Of a stretch of 64,000 nt of DNA, positions 59,670 through 64,000 are shown piece by piece. The notes under the pieces are model-generated. The model ran no database searches. It saw only the letters and a program-made list of their open reading frames with translations, and was not told the DNA's origin. The position numbers were made by a program, and so were the translations under genes. The DNA is from an uncultured Muribaculaceae bacterium (GTDB taxonomy: Bacteria; Bacteroidota; Bacteroidia; Bacteroidales; Muribaculaceae), in NCBI GenBank assembly GCA_964389525.1, contig CAYMEX010000005.1, forward strand, positions 12,044 to 76,043, read 5' to 3'. Numbering within the stretch: the stretch's first letter is position 1; every line of letters begins with the position of its first letter.

Positions 59670-60268
59670 TGATTAAGCAAGGCGAAAAAGAGGTGGACGA
59701 GAAAGAGCGGCGTCACGCATGAGATGACTGTGGCTCCGAGAAACGGCAGACGCTTGTCGGCAGGAACGAGCATGTGCCACGACGCCTCCCAGACGACATA
59801 TACCACGTAGAGCGGGAGCATCTGCAGCAGAGCCAGCTCGACCGGGCAGATGTTGCTCACGAACGACAGCAGCGCGAGGGTGGCGAGGGTGTAGAGCACC
59901 ATGCGGTCGTTTTTCTCGGCCGACGGAGCCTCGTCGGCGCCCATGATGCGCCTCAGGGCGAAGCCGAGAATATATGTCGCGGCAAAATAGCCGATGAAAT
60001 ATCTGATGAAGATGCTTATGGCCTCGAGCAGACAGCCCGTCGCAGTCGAGGAGGAGCGGTAGATTAGCGGCATAAACGCCGACAGGGCCGCGATGGCGAT
60101 GAACGGTATGTAGCCTTGGGTGAGCAATGTGCGCACCGGCAGACCTGCCTTCTCGGTGTCATGCCATCCCTGACGGGGGGCTATGACAACCTGAAGCAGC
60201 TCTTTGACGAAAGCGGGGAAGAGCGCAAACGACGCCTTTACGATATGTGCTATCCTAAACGATTTCAT
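59666..60268 (-). CDS. Yip1-like/DUF1282-like integral membrane protein
   Basis: Five hydrophobic segments. It overlaps the smpB start by 4 nt. Confidence 0.6.
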   Translation of the reverse strand: MKSFRIAHIVKASFALFPAFVKELLQVVIAPRQGWHDTEKAGLPVRTLLTQGYIPFIAIAALSAFMPLIYRSSSTATGCLLEAISIFIRYFIGYFAATYILGFALRRIMGADEAPSAEKNDRMVLYTLATLALLSFVSNICPVELALLQMLPLYVVYVVWEASWHMLVPADKRLPFLGATVISCVTPLFLVHLFFALLNQ

Positions 60269-60353
60269 TGGTGCAAAGATATGAAAGTTGGCTTAATTAT
60301 GGAAATTGGTTACTTTTGCGGAAAAGAAGATTTCCCATCAGTTTTTCAGTACA

Positions 60354-61898
60354 ATGGAAAGGAAAGTAAGAGTAAGATTTGCGCCGTCGCCAACCGGCCC
60401 CCTGCACATAGGCGGAGCCCGCACGGCTCTCTATAACTACCTCTTTGCGCGTCAGCACGGAGGCGACATGATCCTCCGCATCGAGGACACCGACTCGCAG
60501 CGTTTTGTGCCAGGAGCCGAGGAGTATATCAACGAGTCGCTGAAGTGGCTCGGCATAGGCATCGACGAGGGCGTGAAAGAGGGAGGCAACTACGGCCCAT
60601 ACCGCCAGAGCGAGCGCCGCGACATCTATCGCGAGCATGTGAAGATGTTGCTCGACAGCGGCAAGGCATATATAGCCTTCGACACCCCAGAGGAGCTCGA
60701 CGCCGCGCGTCAGGCAACGCCCAACTTCCAGTATGACGCCTCGACCCGCATGTCGATGCGCAACTCGCTGTCGATGCCACGCGAGGAGGTCGACAGGCTC
60801 ATCGCCGAGGGCACCAAGTATGTCGTGCGCTTCAAGATCGAGCCGGGACGCGCCGTGAAGGTCGACGACCTGCTTCGCGGCGAGGTGACGATCAAGAGCG
60901 ACATTCTCGACGACAAGGTCCTCTACAAGAGTGCCGACGATCTTCCCACCTATCATCTTGCCAACATCGTCGACGACCACCTCATGGAGGTGAGCCATGT
61001 CATACGCGGCGAGGAGTGGCTGCCGTCGGCTCCGCTCCACGTGCTTCTCTATGAGGCGTTCGGCTGGACCGACACGATGCCGCGGTTTGTGCATCTGCCC
61101 CTGCTGCTTAAACCTGACGGCAAAGGCAAGCTGTCGAAGCGCGACGGCGACCGTCTCGGCTTCCCCGTCTTCCCGCTCGAGTGGCATGACCCCAAGAGCG
61201 GAGAGATCTCGAGCGGCTACCGCGAGAAAGGCTATCTGCCCGAAGCCGTTGTCAACTTCCTTGCGCTGCTCGGATGGAATCCCGGCGACGACACCGAGAT
61301 CATGTCGATGCAGGAGCTTATAGAGAAATTCTCGTTCGACCACTGCTCGCGCGCCGGAGCCCGGTTTGCGTTTGAGAAAGGCAAGTGGTTCAACCACATG
61401 TATATTCAGGAGAAGACCGACGACGAGCTGGCCGGGCTGTTCATCCCCGTGCTTGAGCGCGAGGGCGTCGACACCGCTGCTTTCGGCCGCGATTATATCG
61501 CCAAGGCTGTGGGCATGGTGAAAGGCCGCGTGAACTTTGTCGGCGAGCTCTGGGACAACGCACGCTTCTTCTTCCGCGCCCCCGACAGCTACGAGGCTAA
61601 GTCGGTAAAGAAACGCTGGACCGAGGGCATGGGCGGCATCATGGCCGAGCTGATCGGCGTGCTCGAGCGGTTTGACGACTTCACGTCGCCCGAGATCGAG
61701 CCTTCCGTGCTCGGCTGGATCGAGGAGAAAGGCTATCACCTCGGCAACGTGATGAATGCCTTTAGACTCGCTGTAGTGGGCGAATGCAAAGGCCCCCACA
61801 TGTTTGACATCACGGCTCTCATCGGCAAGGACGAGACCCTGGCCCGTCTGCGCACGGCAATCGACCGCCTCGGCTACGGCCCGGCCGCTGTAGAATGA
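60354..61898 (+). CDS. gltX: glutamate--tRNA ligase
   Basis: [19 protein letters not shown] (HIGH) and KLSKRDG (KMSKS). The ATG at 60354 is preferred over the TTG at 60306. Confidence 0.95.
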   Translation: MERKVRVRFAPSPTGPLHIGGARTALYNYLFARQHGGDMILRIEDTDSQRFVPGAEEYINESLKWLGIGIDEGVKEGGNYGPYRQSERRDIYREHVKMLLDSGKAYIAFDTPEELDAARQATPNFQYDASTRMSMRNSLSMPREEVDRLIAEGTKYVVRFKIEPGRAVKVDDLLRGEVTIKSDILDDKVLYKSADDLPTYHLANIVDDHLMEVSHVIRGEEWLPSAPLHVLLYEAFGWTDTMPRFVHLPLLLKPDGKGKLSKRDGDRLGFPVFPLEWHDPKSGEISSGYREKGYLPEAVVNFLALLGWNPGDDTEIMSMQELIEKFSFDHCSRAGARFAFEKGKWFNHMYIQEKTDDELAGLFIPVLEREGVDTAAFGRDYIAKAVGMVKGRVNFVGELWDNARFFFRAPDSYEAKSVKKRWTEGMGGIMAELIGVLERFDDFTSPEIEPSVLGWIEEKGYHLGNVMNAFRLAVVGECKGPHMFDITALIGKDETLARLRTAIDRLGYGPAAVE

Positions 61899-62926
61899 GA
61901 CGCCGCATATTCATAACGGTATTTTGGGCCATGGCTGCGTTTGCGGTCATGGCTCAAAAGCCTCAGGTCGAGTGGAGCGTCGACTTCCGCACGATCTTCG
62001 ATAACCGCGAGGGCGACGAGACCTACACCCGGGCCGAGACATTCTTCATGACTCAGCTCGCGCCGGAGATAGGGCTGAGCATCGACGACGGACGCCACGC
62101 GGTGATGGGCGGTGTGGTGTGGACGCAGCCCATCGGATGCGAGTGGGACGGACACAAACTGTCGCCTACACTCTATTACCGCTATCGACGCGAGGGAGTC
62201 GAGGGATGGTTCGGCATGTTCGGCCGCCAGCAGCTTGCGCGCCGGTTGCCCGACTACATCTGGAACGATTCGACCTATTACGTGCAGCGCAACATACGCG
62301 GCGCGGGCATCGTGCTTCGCGGCGCCCACGGCTTTGTGCAGGGAGTGCTCGACTGGCGCGGCATGCAGACCGAGAAACAGCGTGAATCGTTCAACATCAT
62401 CGTCGACGGCGAGTGGCGCCGCGGCGGCGGCAGTGTGCTTGTCGCAGGAGGCACAGCCATGATGAACCACCTTGCCCGACGCAAAAACGCCCCCGAGAGC
62501 GAGAGCGTTGTCGACAACTTCATCGCCAATCCATATATCGGCGCCGATCTGACTCCCGTCGTGGTGTGGGCCGATACGCTCACCCTTAAAGCCGGAGTGC
62601 TTGCCTCCATGACACGCGACCGCGCTTTCGATCGCAAGTGGGTGAGCCGCGCAGGCGCATGGGTCGAGGGATGCCTCGCATGGCGCCGCTTCAGCGTGCG
62701 CGAGGAGCTTTATGCCGGCGGACGCCTCTTCCCTTACTACGGCCATTACGGCCCGACACTCGATCAGGGCGAGTCCTACTATGCCTCGCCGTGGTATAGC
62801 CGCACCGACGTCGGCTATGCGCTTATATGCGGCAGTCACGTGCGCCTTGAGGCGTCGCTCGATTTCCATGCCGCCAAAGACAACTTCAACTTCTATCAGC
62901 GTCTGATTCTCCAGGTCTGCTTTTAG
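61895..62926 (+). CDS. hypothetical outer-membrane beta-barrel-like protein
   Basis: Signal peptide ([12 protein letters not shown]), alternating aromatic pattern and a C-terminal Phe. It has an ATGA overlap with the gltX stop. Confidence 0.6.
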   Translation: MRRRIFITVFWAMAAFAVMAQKPQVEWSVDFRTIFDNREGDETYTRAETFFMTQLAPEIGLSIDDGRHAVMGGVVWTQPIGCEWDGHKLSPTLYYRYRREGVEGWFGMFGRQQLARRLPDYIWNDSTYYVQRNIRGAGIVLRGAHGFVQGVLDWRGMQTEKQRESFNIIVDGEWRRGGGSVLVAGGTAMMNHLARRKNAPESESVVDNFIANPYIGADLTPVVVWADTLTLKAGVLASMTRDRAFDRKWVSRAGAWVEGCLAWRRFSVREELYAGGRLFPYYGHYGPTLDQGESYYASPWYSRTDVGYALICGSHVRLEASLDFHAAKDNFNFYQRLILQVCF

Positions 62927-63075
62927 AGAAATTGCGCTCCGCCACATAGCAGATAATCCGGCTGAAACAGATGCGCACACTCCGGCTGTCGTAGACGGTC
63001 ACATTTGATTGCCCCATGTTGCAGTCGCCTGACTGTTACATTAGGTGATCACGCGGCAACACTCCATTCACAACC

Positions 63076-63360
63076 CTTCTCCGTCGAAGACGGAAAATAA
63101 CATCAAACCCCACATTGAGCGTGACAAGCGCGACGGTGTGGGGTAATGACGTTTTGCTAAAACGTGGCTTCGGAGAGGTTTTCTATCCGACGTCTTCGAC
63201 GCTTGAGCATCCTGCTCCATTTATTTCCCCACGCCTTCGCTTTGCTCGATGTGGGCTTGACATTATCATCCGTCTCCGACGGACGCGCCCTGCAAAGTCA
63301 TGTCAATATGAAAGATCTGTTTAAACCGGGGTAGGGGCGTGCGACAGTACGCCCAAAGCC
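63076..63360. repeat. REP mosaic including the third copy of the ~165-bp composite element (63076-63240) and a GTAG-head unit (63331-63354)
   Basis: TCCGTCGAAGACGGA, then CCCCACA..TGTGGGG, then GGCTTCGGAGAGGT, then TCTTCGACGC, then CCCCACGCCTTCG. The order and orientation match the copy at 32481-32646. Confidence 0.85.
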
Positions 63361-63379
63361 AATTTTGACACACCTCCCT

Positions 63380-63565
63380 CGTTAGCTGGTTCGCTTGCGC
63401 GATCCGCGCGGGTTGCATCTGCCATGCAGGATATCCCATACCGGAGGTATGACATTTCGTTAGCTGGGTTCGCTTGTGTGATCCGCGCGGGTTGCATCTG
63501 CCACGCAGGATATCCCATACCGGAGGTATGGCATTTCGTTAACCGGGTTCGCTTGCGAGCCCGGG
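63380..63565. repeat. tandem repeat, 78-79-bp unit, about 2.4 copies
   Basis: CGTTAGCTGG(G)TTCGCTTG.G.GATCCGCGCGGGTTGCATCTGCCA.GCAGGATATCCCATACCGGAGGTATG.CATTT at 63380-63457 and 63458-63536, plus a partial third copy. A related fragment lies at 6145-6180. Confidence 0.85.
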
Positions 63566-63694
63566 ATAGGTCGACATTACCGCACCGGCCCCGGCGGGGC
63601 CGCACCTCGCGCAACCTATCGCTCTCCTGCGCATACGGCGCGGGCCGCGCCACACGATTGCGGTACGGCCCGGCGTATTACTCAAACGATGGTC

Positions 63695-63937
63695 TCAGAC
63701 ACCGAAACGCCCCTTGTGCACATTGCCGTCGACATCAGTTATCTCGATCTGATACTGCCCCTTTGCCATTCCGGCAGTCGACAGCGACATCGCGCGCTGC
63801 GGTGTGTCGAGCGTGCGCCCCGAAAGCACGCGGCCTTCGGGCGTAGTGATCTTTATGCTCCTGATCGTGAGATTGCGCTTAGCCGAATCCTTTTCAGCTA
63901 TGGCACTTTTGTAGATCTTGCCTCTGCAAGTAAAATT
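63695..63937 (-). pseudogene. orphan T9SS C-terminal sorting domain (CTD) fragment
   Basis: My own translation: ...NLTIRSIKITTPEGRVLSGRTLDTPQRAMSLSTAGMAKGQYQIEITDVDGNVHKGRFGV followed by a stop. The frame is closed by a TGA at 63938-63940 and has no plausible start or N-terminal cargo domain. Confidence 0.5.
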
Positions 63938-64000
63938 TCACTTTCTAATGTCAACATGCCGTTGCCTAATAGACGTCCAACATCATCTATTCCAATTCTG
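63898..64000 (-). CDS. 3' end of an unidentified gene in low-GC DNA (partial; continues beyond the right edge)
   Basis: Open frame ...RIGIDDVGRLLGNGMLTLESEILLAEARSTKVP followed by a stop. The last 100 nt are 39% G+C by direct count, much lower than the rest of the window. Confidence 0.35.
   Translation of the reverse strand, partial: RIGIDDVGRLLGNGMLTLESEILLAEARSTKVP

Noticed and set aside
59190-59672. 160-aa plus-strand ORF starting at the ATG inside the right inverted repeat
   Set aside because: It is antisense to smpB over its whole length and has a shadow-ORF composition. The ATG is part of the palindromic CATG at the repeat end.
60297-61799. 500-aa minus-strand ORF
   Set aside because: It is exactly antisense to gltX, which has clear HIGH and KMSKS motifs. 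Its composition (Arg/His/Gly/Val/Ala-rich, no motifs) is typical of shadow ORFs in high-GC DNA.
63380-63565. Possible CRISPR array (also considered for 39350-39584)
   Set aside because: The repeat units are contiguous with no unique spacers. The units are 78-127 bp long, and no cas genes are nearby.

Overview
This is a GC-rich Bacteroidota (Bacteroidales-like) chromosomal window. The phylum call rests on a SusC/SusD pair with an ECF-sigma/anti-sigma module, a T9SS C-terminal sorting domain, TAnnTTTG-type -7 promoter boxes and OmpA-family lipoproteins. Most of the window is housekeeping: tatAC, tRNA-Leu, cdd, argS, an RND efflux operon, lpxA, serCA, trmD, aroQ, greA, smpB and gltX.

Six things stand out.
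1. The left edge carries a phage terminase-large-subunit-like gene. It runs off the window and is absent from the supplied ORF track. A roughly 860-aa orphan gene lies upstream of it.
2. At 6.3-16.1 kb there is a seven-gene, mostly overlapping operon for peptidoglycan/MurNAc salvage (kinase, NamZ-like, AmpG, SpoIID/LytB). It also contains three poorly understood genes: a DUF4922 HIT/GalT-like protein, a two-domain GT2 and a 993-aa amidase-like protein.
3. An IS200-like Y1 (HUH) transposase of the RAYT type is flanked by inverted REP hairpins. Mosaic clusters of several REP families, some with a GTAG head, fill at least five intergenic regions.
4. At 40.6-44.6 kb there is a coupled lipoprotein / ABC ATPase / FtsX-type permease / secreted-protein operon of unknown function.
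5. An MBOAT + two DHHW paralogues + metallophosphoesterase cluster (53.2-58.4 kb) is preceded by a 49-aa membrane ORF and by a roughly 390-bp element bounded by 52/62-nt inverted repeats. That element encloses a single outward-facing -7 box. I consider it a candidate invertible promoter and the most interesting item in the window.
6. At the right edge an orphan T9SS CTD fragment abuts low-GC DNA.

Many long ORFs in the track are antisense shadows of real genes, as expected for high-GC DNA, and were rejected. All functional calls come from motif recognition by eye; no database search was run.
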